From: a virus
Length of the DNA: 64,000 nt
Strand: one strand, 5' to 3'
Virus record (IMG/VR): IMGVR_UViG_3300025655_000022
Location: 23,178 to 87,177 of that record
In this document: piece by piece, positions 9,975 through 21,400 of the stretch
Layout: the number at the start of each line of letters is the position of its first letter
Position numbering within the stretch: position 1 is the first letter of the stretch
Made by a program: the position numbers and the translations under genes
The notes under the pieces: model-generated
The model's input: the letters and a program-made list of their open reading frames with translations, nothing else
Told to the model about the DNA's origin: nothing
The model's database searches: none

Positions 9975-10704
9975 ACAATGCCTCCAAGTGCTTTTTACCC
10001 ATGGCATGAAAATCCATGCCAGACAATTCTATGCGTTTATTGTCATAGCGTACTGTATACACGTTATCTGTACGTGTTAGTACGTGTTCGGGAACAACAC
10101 TTTGTAGTGTCCAGGGAATATCGAACTGTTCTGCGTTAAAATGTCCGTCAGCAATGTTTAATGCAATACTTAGTGCATAATCATTTCTGTATGGGTGTTT
10201 TTTAAAGTTATACAAGTTAGCATAATGCTCGTAGTTTGTTTCGACCATCTGCATCGCGTCAAATATAGCACGTGCAGTGTCGGATTTTGTAAAGTACACA
10301 ACAGTCGCCCACCACATTGGAAAACGGTATTCACCAAACGTGTTTAGCTGTTTGCTCCAACCTGTACCAGTAACACTGTTTGCATTCCGATGTGCTAGAA
10401 AATCTTGGCCACTTCTAAACAAATTTAACAATTGGTCGCTATTTACAATATAATCTGCGTCCAACAATACAGTTTGATCGTATGGTGATAACTCGTAAGC
10501 ACGTGAACGTCCAGAATTTAACCACTTTACGCTTTTATCGTAATCCGCGAACCAACGTGTACTCGAAGTTTTTGTATCTATATCGGTTATAATAGTCGTA
10601 GGTAGGCCTAAATATTGCTTAATGTTTTTAGCACTACGTTCTGCGAGTTTGACATAATCAATATCACCGTTATTATGTGCAAATATTAAACAACCTTGCG
10701 TCAT
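9967..10704 (-). CDS. GT8-like glycosyltransferase
   Basis: GCLIFA...DYVKLA...SPYDQTVLLDADY (DxD)...RNDYALSIA...HAMGK; paralog of 9165-9974. Confidence 0.72.
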   Translation of the reverse strand: MTQGCLIFAHNNGDIDYVKLAERSAKNIKQYLGLPTTIITDIDTKTSSTRWFADYDKSVKWLNSGRSRAYELSPYDQTVLLDADYIVNSDQLLNLFRSGQDFLAHRNANSVTGTGWSKQLNTFGEYRFPMWWATVVYFTKSDTARAIFDAMQMVETNYEHYANLYNFKKHPYRNDYALSIALNIADGHFNAEQFDIPWTLQSVVPEHVLTRTDNVYTVRYDNKRIELSGMDFHAMGKKHLEALYD

Positions 10705-10874
10705 TTAATTTCCAGCGCCTTTCCAATTGTGTTATCAAGATCTTGCATTGTTGTATGTAAATCTTGTTGAATTTCCAATACCCGACGTTTTGGATTTAGA
10801 TTAAATTTAGCAGTAAACCAAATATTAACACGATCTGCAATGTCTACTAGCATTCTAAAAATTTTACGTTTCAT
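10701..10874 (-). CDS. Small hypothetical protein (57 aa)
   Basis: Below the ORF-track cutoff. MKRKIFRMLVDIADRV...GKALEIK*, with ATGA overlaps at both ends. Confidence 0.7.
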   Translation of the reverse strand: MKRKIFRMLVDIADRVNIWFTAKFNLNPKRRVLEIQQDLHTTMQDLDNTIGKALEIK

Positions 10875-11557
10875 ACTATTCTCTCTAGTGTATCTAAAAA
10901 CAAAGCATGCGCTTCGGGCGGATTGTGGTTATTAACATTATGTGGGCCAAATGGCATATCCCAGGGTTGTTTTTCGTATGGCGGCCATAAACTATCGCCT
11001 AGCCAGTTCCATCCCATCCAAAACATTGGGCCAGGCATAAAGATGAAACGCAGTCCACTCTCTTGTAAAGCACGTAGTCCGTCTCTAATAACGCAGCCAT
11101 CGATGTTGTACTGTAGTCCCATATCGTGCAAATCTGCAATATATCTTTGTACTGCCTGTTTAGTATCTTCACCAACATCAATATATTGTGCTTCGACGAT
11201 ATTTGCTAGTGTATCGCTTACAATAAACACTTCATCGTGATCAAACTCTTGCTCGCTGCTACACTGATATCCTCGATATTCAATATGCTTTAATTCAACA
11301 GGTGACCTCCACCCATCCGGATTACGTACAATATTAATTCTATCACTACTAGTAGCGCCAATAACAATTAAGTCTGGTTTCTGTTTAATGGCATAATCAA
11401 TTTGCAGTCTAATAGCAAAATTTGTAGCGCCAGGACGGGCAATACAATGATATTCATATTTGTTGCGTTCACAAAACTGTTGTAAAAATGTTGGGAAACC
11501 ACATGTAGAGGTATCATCACTCATAAAACTACAACCTAAGCTATATAAGGTTTTCAA
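10871..11557 (-). CDS. SGNH/GDSL-fold protein
   Basis: LYSLGCSF, IARPGATN, C-terminal NHNPPEAH. Confidence 0.6.
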   Translation of the reverse strand: MKTLYSLGCSFMSDDTSTCGFPTFLQQFCERNKYEYHCIARPGATNFAIRLQIDYAIKQKPDLIVIGATSSDRINIVRNPDGWRSPVELKHIEYRGYQCSSEQEFDHDEVFIVSDTLANIVEAQYIDVGEDTKQAVQRYIADLHDMGLQYNIDGCVIRDGLRALQESGLRFIFMPGPMFWMGWNWLGDSLWPPYEKQPWDMPFGPHNVNNHNPPEAHALFLDTLERIV

Positions 11558-11943
11558 AATAACTCCCGCTCAGTTAGTACCTGAAATTCCATATTATATT
11601 CTTTACAGTATTTCTCTGCCGCCGCCCATTTTGCCTTATTAACATGCCATTTCATTTGGTAACGTGGTTTAATCTCAATTAGCTTTTGTCGCGGATTGCC
11701 GTATTTGTCAATATAGTCAACATAAAAGTCAGGATAATAATTACGCATACGGTTTTCTTTAGGATGCATATATGGAATATGAAAACTTTCCGAATCCCAA
11801 AATTGTATTGCATCCGAACGATCACAATATAACATAAACCTACGTTCCCATAGACTACGATAGATAGGATCTTTTTTACCTAAAAACTTTGATTTGTTTG
11901 TAGGGGTAAATTTACCTTTTACGGCTGAGTTCTTGAAATTCAT
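11554..11943 (-). CDS. gp4: T4 gp4-like head completion nuclease (TnsA-N/PD-(D/E)XK)
   Basis: GKFTPTNKSKF...YRSLWERRFMLYCD...WDSE...YYPDFYV...LIEIKP...NKAKWAAA...LTERELF. Confidence 0.88.
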   Translation of the reverse strand: MNFKNSAVKGKFTPTNKSKFLGKKDPIYRSLWERRFMLYCDRSDAIQFWDSESFHIPYMHPKENRMRNYYPDFYVDYIDKYGNPRQKLIEIKPRYQMKWHVNKAKWAAAEKYCKEYNMEFQVLTERELF

Positions 11944-12217
11944 TTAACCACCCATTCATTTGTTCTTGCCAACGTTGTTGCGCAAGCAATTCAAGTTCTA
12001 GTGTGTTAATTTGTACTGGATTGTTGTACTCGTCGACAAGCACACAGTCTTCATCTGGGCATACTGCGATAGTCATTAATAATTCTGGACCAGCACGCCA
12101 CATGCCTCCGTTGTATGCAAACAACATCTTTGCTTCGTATTTTTCACGCAGAATCTGCTTGGCTTGATTGTGATCAAACCGTGCTCGTGATTGTTTGATA
12201 ATATTGTCAGTATCCAT
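11912..12217 (-). CDS. Hypothetical protein
   Basis: Likely start ATG 12217 (MDTDN), 6 nt after a TATAAT hexamer. Confidence 0.65.
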   Translation of the reverse strand: MDTDNIIKQSRARFDHNQAKQILREKYEAKMLFAYNGGMWRAGPELLMTIAVCPDEDCVLVDEYNNPVQINTLELELLAQQRWQEQMNGWLNEFQELSRKR

Positions 12218-12249
12218 ATGGGTATTATACACGATTATATATCAAAAAT

Positions 12250-12271
12250 AAAGCCCCTTGCGGGGCTTTTT
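12250..12271 (-). terminator. Intrinsic terminator (possibly bidirectional)
   Basis: On the minus strand AAAGCCCC-GCAA-GGGGCTTT followed by a T-rich tract; downstream of the 12294-13289 gene. Confidence 0.85.
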
Positions 12272-12293
12272 GGTGTAATAAGTTAAAAACTTA

Positions 12294-13289
12294 TTAGCTT
12301 GTCATTGTCCAAGATGTAGCGTTCATTGCTGGTGTGCCCCAGGTATCTGACAAGTATGTTGTACTTGGTGGACGCACAACCATTGCATTTGAAAGTGTAC
12401 CGTCCACAACGTCTAGTGCGTCGCCTGATCCTGAACCATCTGGAGCAACGGTATCGGCAGCAGCGTCAGTTAATGTAATAACATAAGTTAGCACAGTTGA
12501 CGTAGCGTTTAATGCTAATGTAATTGTAACATAGTTTGCGGTATACGGTGCACTATCAGCATACTGACGGAAAATTGTAGTTGCTGCACCACCTGGTGTT
12601 AAATCATAATAACCAGTGGTAGTAGTTAAGATATCTGGGGTACCTAATCCACCAACTTTTGTAGTACCAGTGTAAGAGGTGCCAGCAATAGATTGTGTTG
12701 CTGAGCCACCTGTAGTAACAATAGTACCGCATTTTGAAAGTAAGTCTGCCCATTCTAGTGACTTAGCGTCACCTGAAGTAAGTGTTAAACTTAAACTGTT
12801 ACGAATCATACCACCTGCATTAAAGAAGTAACGTGCTGCATTTGCGCTGCTAAATGTTACAGTGCGTGTAATTGATGCGCTAACATCCCAGGTAGTAGTG
12901 CTTGTAATTGTGCCGTTTGTAGTAATATCTGTTCCATTAGCAGCAGCATTACCTCTGTTTGTAAAAATACTTGAAATATTTCCACTTAGTGCTGTGTATG
13001 CGCTAATAGTATCACCAGTGGTTGGATTTGTAATTGCTGTAATTGAAGTACCTTGGTGATTAGCAATTGTACTTGTACGGTTAAGTAAATTTACCCATTG
13101 TGTTGCAGTAATTGTTGTTCCTGCACTTACTGTTGAAAGATTACCTGATTGACCGTAACCTTTATCACTTGTTCCTGAACCCCAAACTGTATTCAAGTTT
13201 GCTGTATTATGATCTACTGCTGATGCACCACCTTGTACAAAAATGTTATAGTGGTCATCTAGAATAGTATCGCCTGATGTATATGCCAT
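12294..13289 (-). CDS. Virion structural/tail-associated protein
   Basis: Thr/Ser/Gly-rich beta pattern; GYGQ and ARYFFNAGG motifs; SD GGGG upstream; tail gene context. Confidence 0.55.
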   Translation of the reverse strand: MAYTSGDTILDDHYNIFVQGGASAVDHNTANLNTVWGSGTSDKGYGQSGNLSTVSAGTTITATQWVNLLNRTSTIANHQGTSITAITNPTTGDTISAYTALSGNISSIFTNRGNAAANGTDITTNGTITSTTTWDVSASITRTVTFSSANAARYFFNAGGMIRNSLSLTLTSGDAKSLEWADLLSKCGTIVTTGGSATQSIAGTSYTGTTKVGGLGTPDILTTTTGYYDLTPGGAATTIFRQYADSAPYTANYVTITLALNATSTVLTYVITLTDAAADTVAPDGSGSGDALDVVDGTLSNAMVVRPPSTTYLSDTWGTPAMNATSWTMTS

Positions 13290-13385
13290 TTTACTTTTCC
13301 CTTTGTATTAGTTGACTTTTACCAACGCCATACTTTATATACTTTGATATAAAAGTTATGGCTGGGATTGATTACTAGTCTTCTT

Positions 13386-14750
13386 TTAAAAATTAATTTT
13401 AACGACTGCTTCTACTGTGCCTTCGCCTGTTGTCTCTTTATTAGTTAGCGCACGTCCAATAATGTTACGTGCAGTTGCTTCACCGTCTTGTGCTGCTCTG
13501 GCAAAACCATTGCCTGCAGAAACTAAGCGATCGCCTTTGTTTACAGTTCCAATGACTTTAACTGGCACACGTCCATTCATAGCGATTGGTGGGTGTGTAG
13601 CATTTGAACCTGCTTTTGCGTTCATTAAGTACGCTGCACGGTCTGAGATAACGCCAAAAACGTTTTCTGATAATTCTTCAACCGCCTTAGTAATTTCAGC
13701 AATACCTCCTAACTCTACAACAGTACCTGCTTCATATTCAGCATCTGCTTCAAAGCGTTCTGCCAAGTCAGCATACTCGGCTGATGTGGCTGTTCCTTCG
13801 AAACTGTTTGCATAAACATTATTAAATTTGGTTCCGCTGGCACCCAAGTTAGTTGTGCCACCAACACCAGGCAGAATATCTGATGTTGCGCCATCAAAAA
13901 CAAGTACCTGTGTGGTTGAACCACCATCATTTACACGGAAAATAATATCTCCGTTGTTGATGAGATTATCTAAAATTACATTACCGGTTCCCAGTGGAGT
14001 AGTAATCTGAAAATCGCTGTCAACACCCACTGTTAATCCTGAGTCGTTTAAAATTCCTAGGGAACCAACAGTTGTGTCATTGGCAACGGCGCTAAGGTAA
14101 TCGGTGGCGCTGAACCCGTCAAGTTGGGCCGCATTAGTAGCCTTACCAGTAAACAATGCATTACCACTGTCAACAGTTGTGCTTAATTGAATTCCAGAAG
14201 CAATATTCGCAAAACCAGTTATTGAAGTTTGAGGTGTAAACGTTGAATCTTTACTAACAGTAGCAACAATATCATTTTCAACATATAATTTAACCACGAT
14301 GTGGTCTATGCCGCCGGAATCTCTAACAGTATCAACAATTGCACCAGATGTACCGGTGCCTGAAGTGAATGCTGGACCTACCAAAACAAAACTCGATCCA
14401 TCATAAACTTTTAATTGGCTGTTAGTTGAGTCAAACCACAAATCACCAGCAACGTTACCGGTCGGTGTGCTTGAACTTGACGTAGCAGCACCCAGGTTTT
14501 TCCATTGTGATCCGCTGTATACTTTAAGTAAGTTATTTCCTGAATCATACCATAATTGACCAGTTAATGGAGCAGTTGGGGCTGTGCTATTTGCACTGTT
14601 TTCAAGCATTTTGATAAAGTTTTCTCCCAAAAACTCACCATATCCTGCATAGTTTTTGCCGATAATAGTAATGCTACTTGATGTATTAATAGTACCGTCC
14701 GCAACTGTTGCAAAAATACTACCATTTGTTTTGTTAATTGTATAAGCCAT
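13386..14750 (-). CDS. Tail fibre/structural protein with C-terminal intramolecular-chaperone-like domain
   Basis: GKNYAGYGE...ENF, GQLWYD/GDLWFD repeats, C-terminal YADLAERF...GRVPVKV...GDRLVS...IIGRAL. Confidence 0.65.
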   Translation of the reverse strand: MAYTINKTNGSIFATVADGTINTSSSITIIGKNYAGYGEFLGENFIKMLENSANSTAPTAPLTGQLWYDSGNNLLKVYSGSQWKNLGAATSSSSTPTGNVAGDLWFDSTNSQLKVYDGSSFVLVGPAFTSGTGTSGAIVDTVRDSGGIDHIVVKLYVENDIVATVSKDSTFTPQTSITGFANIASGIQLSTTVDSGNALFTGKATNAAQLDGFSATDYLSAVANDTTVGSLGILNDSGLTVGVDSDFQITTPLGTGNVILDNLINNGDIIFRVNDGGSTTQVLVFDGATSDILPGVGGTTNLGASGTKFNNVYANSFEGTATSAEYADLAERFEADAEYEAGTVVELGGIAEITKAVEELSENVFGVISDRAAYLMNAKAGSNATHPPIAMNGRVPVKVIGTVNKGDRLVSAGNGFARAAQDGEATARNIIGRALTNKETTGEGTVEAVVKINF

Positions 14751-14810
14751 TGTTGCTCAACTCCAAATTCTTTATATAATCTTATTTATTCATTTTAAAT
14801 ATATGTATAT

Positions 14811-15470
14811 TTATGTTGTACTCAAATTGGTTAACGTCTGAATACGTACAGTGTAATCAATTTGTATTTGCCTGTTCAAACTTTTCTGAACTGGGTGGAA
14901 AACCACATGTGTGATTAACTTTAAGTTGTCGGCTGAACCATTCCAACTTTTTAGTCCCAGTTCATCAAACACAAAGTCACCGTCTAGTGTGGTACTGTTA
15001 TCAAATGCCTGTTGACCTGTTGGCTCTCCATAATCTAACAGACAACTAACAAGAATATCAGTATACACACGTCCTGATGTATGTAGAACCGTTAGATTAT
15101 TTCGATTAGTATCAGTATTTGACGAACTATTATCGTCTACAACTTTGCTAAATGTTTCGTTGTATAAGTTTGCGTTTTGTCCGGTACTGTTTGCGGGCAA
15201 ATAGGTAATCACACCAGTGGGATCCACGCTGGAACCACCGTTTCCAAAACTCATCTGGTAAATATAACCCAGATTTTTGTTAGCCAAGCTCTGTGCCAGT
15301 GCTTCACTCATGTTCTCATAATGAATGGCATTTCTTTTATCAATAAAGACTTCTTTACTGTTTGGATCAAAGATTTTAATATGGCCCTGGATGTTTACTG
15401 AGCTTGATTCGTTGGGTTTTGATTCTTTGGTATCCATGGGTTTTTGATAATTTTTATTTGTGTCTGTCAT
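14811..15470 (-). CDS. Virion structural (baseplate/tail) protein
   Basis: GHIKIFD...KRNAIH...FGNGG...FDELGL...HVVFHPVQKS; follows a late-promoter motif. Confidence 0.55.
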   Translation of the reverse strand: MTDTNKNYQKPMDTKESKPNESSSVNIQGHIKIFDPNSKEVFIDKRNAIHYENMSEALAQSLANKNLGYIYQMSFGNGGSSVDPTGVITYLPANSTGQNANLYNETFSKVVDDNSSSNTDTNRNNLTVLHTSGRVYTDILVSCLLDYGEPTGQQAFDNSTTLDGDFVFDELGLKSWNGSADNLKLITHVVFHPVQKSLNRQIQIDYTVRIQTLTNLSTT

Positions 15471-15493
15471 TTTCATTATTTATGCATCCTAGA

Positions 15494-18400
15494 TCACTCG
15501 CCTCTGAAGAATCGTGCTGGAGTTGTTTGTTGTTTTTGCAGTGCAATACCATTGGTTATATACCATATTAAATTATATGGATGGCGTAAAACGCTACCTC
15601 GTGATTGGTCTTGTACTGAACTAGACGCGGCGTGTCTTTGAGTTGCTGTACCGGCTGTGCCTCTTCTGAGTCCACTGATGGTGTTATTGATTGTATCGCG
15701 TGTTCTGTAGGTAATCCTTTCACCATTAATATTAACTACACCAAAGATACCTGCCGGAAGATTGGGTTCGCCCAGCTTGCTTGCGTCATCAACATACACT
15801 GTGTCATGCCAGGGTTCCAAATCTTGCACAAGTTCAGTTGTATTATCACGTATAATACGGTATACTGCTGCATTCCCACGCATATCGTTAAAAATTCTGA
15901 ATGACAATTCATCAGGAACAACACTATTAGTAAATGTGGTAATAGCAACCACATCAATTGAACTGATCGCACCTCCTGATAAAAGAATAGCAGTGCCATC
16001 GTTTGATAAAACAAAATCTTCACCTGCTGTCAATCTGCGTCCATTGAGTGTTACCCAGATTCGGTCAGCATTTTCAATTGTTCGATATAGTTCAAAAATA
16101 TTGACCGTTGAATCAACACCAATAGTATAGTCAAACGGTACACTATCGAAACCAAAAACGTCCATCCCTTCTGATACTGGAAGTTCAATTACTTTGGGTC
16201 CTTGATACACCACAGTGAGTGCATCTTGTTGTCTGATATCTCTGAATGTAGTCACTGCGATAACATCCCCAGCACTCAAGACAATACCAGAGCTTACAAT
16301 TTTTAATTCATTATTGATGTTGTTAACTGTATAGTCAGCCGATCCAGTAACATAGACATCCACCGTATCGCCAGCATCAGGAGTTACTGACATGATAACA
16401 TACCGTTCAGAACTTTCATCGTTAAGTGATACAGCATAATCGCTGCCCAGTGTTTTCTTTTGGTTGTTTATGTATACAACTACTTCTGAATCAGCAATTA
16501 ATGTCTGATCAGTTCCTGTGCGGATGCCATCTGGGAAATAAAACTCCACAGTTGTACCATCACCGATGTGTCGAATGCCTTCGCTAGGGCGCAATCTTCG
16601 TCCATTGAGTTCAACGATGATATTATCTCTGGCTGAGCTTTCGATATTACCAGAAATAATAAAACTGGATGTGGTTCCGTCTGAAACAAATATTTCTGTT
16701 TCAGGATAACTATATCCATAATCGATTAATGATGAATCTGATTCAAGAATTTGTTCACCAAACAAAGTTACAACTATGAAATCATTGCCAGTGTATGTTG
16801 TGCTGAAAATAAATTCAGTTTCGCCAACCACGGTTTCAGAATAGCTATATGCGGTGGTTTCAATACCATTTATCAGGATCAATGCCTGATCAATGTCGTT
16901 AACATCCACTGGCACAGTTATTCGATTTCCAATCTTATCGCCGATATAATTTTTTCTGAATATCTGATGTCCGCCGCCAATCTCATAAACATAAATCTTT
17001 ACTACTTGGCCGGACGATACACCAGAAGTTACTGTGATTGTTCTGTTTACCCAGTTGATGGTATAATTTCTGTTATTATACAACCTATCACCAGTGGTAC
17101 CATTGAATACCACCAATTCCACAGGATGTTCAACAATTCCAGCAAAACTAAAGGTATCTCCGCCATCATAAACATATGATATGCCTTTGATCTGTGACGC
17201 ATGCCCATTGCCAGTATAATCATGCCCAGGTCTGGTTCTGACTGTCATATCAAGTGTATCAAATATTGCGCCAGGTACTAATTCTTCTGGAGCATGTGAA
17301 CTATATTCATCAATAAATGCCCCACCATCTACATTGATGTCTTCAGCACGTGTTCCGATGTAGATATCTGTAAACAAACTGCTGTATTCTGTGTCTAATA
17401 TGGCATCACTATATGTGGGTAATCCTTCAGGACCATAGTCAATATTATCAAATGGTGTAATATCAAAATTTCCAATATCATAACCAGTGTTATCACTAAA
17501 GTTTGTGCTTTGTACTTGTACACCTGGATAATCGATTCCATCGATCAGCAAAGCCAAATCCAATCCAGGATTGTTTACATCAGCAACATAAAAACCGGTA
17601 GTACGATCAACACCGCTCAGTGTGGATGCATTTACCAGTTCATAATTTTCTGGATCAAATGTTGATTCCTGAATTGAGCTACCATCTGCTAAACTTACGC
17701 GATACACACGGTCGTTATAGCGCACCAATTGATCTTCATTGTAAACCGTATCTGGCGTCCAATCCACTATCTGGCTCTGATATTCATAGCGATCATACTT
17801 GATTGTAGTCTTGATGTTTCTGACCAGATCGTTTTTCATGTACACGGTAGTACGTGCGCCAGTGCCATTTCCACCAGTGATTTCTATGATCGGGGTTGTT
17901 CTGTATCCATATCCTGCGGTTGAAATTTGAATTTCAGTAACCTGTCCTACAGAATTAATCAGCGCAACTGCTTGTGCTGGCTGCGTGGCATCTCCAATAA
18001 TGTTAACGGTGGGTGGTACTGTATATCCAGATCCAGCATTGGTTATAACGATTTCATCTACTGCGAGCAGATGATTATCATACCAGTCTGACCAAGGTAT
18101 GGTATCCCATACACTATCAGTGGATAAACGATTGCTTGGATCTGTTTCCAGAGCAGCAAACCCATCATCTAGAATTGGACTTACATATTTTTCATAAACC
18201 GAATCATACGCCGCAGGATTATCAAAATCAGTTGCGCTGCCATCATATAAGTCAATACCTTCATATTTTAATAAGAAGTCTTTAATCTTAACGTGATATG
18301 GTTTAGCCTCTTCAATATAGTTTTGCACAAATGTTTGGTTGTCTTTTCTGTAAACATTGTACTTTTCAAGATTTCTGACTTTGTGTTCGACGTCGATTAA

Positions 18401-21400
18401 ACTAGTCTTAAACAACCAATCAATAGATCCTTGTTCAGATAAGATATAATTAAACATCATGACCAAAAGTTGATTTCTTTGCGCAATGGAATTCCCAACA
18501 AATAGCTCTTCATTAATTGCTTTGATTATTTGTCGAGTTTCTATAACTGGTTCTTGATCAAAATATTGTGCATCAAAGATCTCAACATCAAACCCATAAA
18601 ATCCTGTGTTTGCATAATCCCACAGTGCGTCACTTAACCGGATTGTGCCTCGTTGAGTGCCCACTCTGGTCCAACCACTTGTGCTATTATAATTGTAGAG
18701 TTCCCAATTGCCGGTACTGTTAACATTAACTTTTACTAGCGTGTCATCAGGCACTGTTAACGCAAGAAGCTCACTATATGTGCTGACAATTCTTGATGGT
18801 TTGGATAAGCTATTGTATCCATCTGCATACCAATCAGTATAATCCCAGTACTTGGTTGTGTTATAATTTTGCACTCTGATTAACATCAAAGACAGATCAG
18901 CTTGCACCTGATATATGGTCCATAATCCATTGTTGCTACTGTCAGATTCAACCAATATCCTGTACCCAGAGCCAACCAATTGTAAATTTTGATAGCTTAA
19001 TTCTGAAAGATCAGCAACACGGTCGTCATATGCTCCGGAAGAACTGGACGGAATAGGATCTTTGCTACTTAAAATATTAAACGCAGTTAACTCAGCATAT
19101 GGTTGTTGCGCGAGCAACAGATTTGCATTCGTGATGTAAATTTTTAATGCTGCTAACCGATCAACAAACAGACTTCTTCTGGGTCTGAATTCAACACCAT
19201 ATCTATCGTCAGGTGATAATCCAATGTCCGGCACTTTGTTACCAAGTGTGTCTGTGCCACAAAAACTGTCTTGAAGTTTTCGATATATGCTATCAGACAA
19301 GAAATCTTTTGGTCTCTGTTCTCTGATTAAATCATACTCAACAAATACTTTGTTTTCATTAAAATTTTGATTGTACTCAATATGCAAAATACTATTGGAC
19401 TCATCCACATATTCATTAACATTATACAGAGCAACAACATTTTTTCTCATCATTGCTGCATATGGGATTCCTGAACTTTGTGGATTTTGGATATAAGATG
19501 CAATTGCAGTAGCACTCAGTGTTTTTCCTAGCTTTCTGTTAACTGTGGTGTAATCTTTGACCCAGAAATAATATCGTGTGGTGATTGTTCTGGTCTGATC
19601 CAGTCCACTGATAACTGTGTATTGATTGATGTCTTTAACTGTTCCTGTACCGGTGTATTGTGCCGGCGGTACTGAGCTTTCAATCCATTCATAAACATCA
19701 ACACTACTACCATCTGCTAGTGTACCCCAGTTTTTAGAACTATAAACTAAATCTTGTTGATTGTAATTCACAAACCTTGCATTAGTGGTATCCCACCAGA
19801 TTGTTCCAGTTTGACTGGCTGCCCAATATGTTCCATTGTTATTAACACTATATGATGCTGGGTCCACTGCACCAATAATATCAATATTTTGTTGTGCAGC
19901 ACCCAGAATTTTTCCATTTACTGGGTCAATAAAGTCCAGATATGCTTTGACTGCTTGTGTGTTTGCATCATAAATGTAAACAGCATCAATTAAACGATGA
20001 TCAACTTTTGTTGGCTGTTCCTGAATTGGTTGCCATGCAGCAGATCCGGTTGAACTTGCAAAAATTGTTAGTCTGCCAATGTTAGTCAGTGCGGTATCGT
20101 AACCTGGGCTGGTAACCAAAAGAAGATTATCAGTAAAATCAACAGCCGTTCCAAATCCATCCAATTCTTTGACATCTGGGCTGAAGATCTGTTGGCCAAA
20201 CACAAATTTTCCAGGTACATTATAATTTGAGCTAGGTAGCAGATCGAACGTAAACACCGCACCACTGTCAGGCACAACATCTGATAAGTTAGTGGTGTTG
20301 CTATCAAACGTTGTATTGGATGAATCAAACACAATTGGAATAAACGCACTGGATTTTTTAGCACCAACAACTAGATTGGTTGCACTATAATCAACATGAA
20401 TACTTGAGCCGAACTCACTGTATTCTTCTGGTCTTGGACTCACAATTGTTTGTGTTAATTCATATGGTTGTAACCCCAGTGTTTCAAATGCAGTGCCCTG
20501 ACCTGGCATCACTGTCATTTTAGAAAGCAGCGGTGATTCATTGATATTAATGTTACTAATTCTGAGCTTATTATCGACAATAGATGCCTGAACATTTGGA
20601 ATAACTGCTGAATTGATATCAGATACTATTTGATTTAATGATGTTCCAGTAAATTGTACATCAATATTGTCAATTCTAATAGTTTCACCAACAGTCACTG
20701 ATGGATTGACAACGGTACTATCAATATATCCAAACACTCTGGTTCTGCTAACAAATCTGGCAACACTGCCTGCTTCAGGAAGCAAGGTATTATCTTTTGG
20801 TGAGCTCACATACACAGAACAATCAGTTCTGCAAACACCAAGTGCTGAGCCGAAATAAGCACTCTGGTTGGATTTTTCTGCCGTTAGCGTCTGTACTAAC
20901 TGAAATTGATTAACATCAATATCAATCAAATCGCCTGTATTTAATACTGTGCTTGCATCAACGGTAATACTGTTTGAACCAATATCAATACTATAATTTG
21001 AATCAACATTGTTGATCGAATTAATTTGTTTTACTCTGTTGATTCTAACTGCGTTAACTGCATCGATTGATCTTCTGGTTGGATATCTCAATGTATTTTT
21101 GTTAGTTACAACAAATCGTTCCACTATGCGTTCGTATACATAGGTTTTTCCTGCGAAACTTTGTATTTCGCCATCAACAATGTTTGTTGCATCAGGTGCA
21201 CCAATTATTACTTGCTGTCCATCACTAGTAGTCTTGACTGATCTACCAAAATCTTCGTTGGACGATCTAGAAATTTTACCAACATATCTGAAATAATCCT
21301 GTGCTCTGATTGATATTATTGTACCAGAAGATGGGGCAACTGTAAACGTTATTTCTTTTGTGGAATCGTTAAATGTATAATCGTAATATGGACGTAAAAG

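Noticed and set aside
11554-11943. TnsA-like transposase / Tn7 element
   Set aside because: Motifs and size match T4 gp4; there are no other tns genes or terminal repeats.
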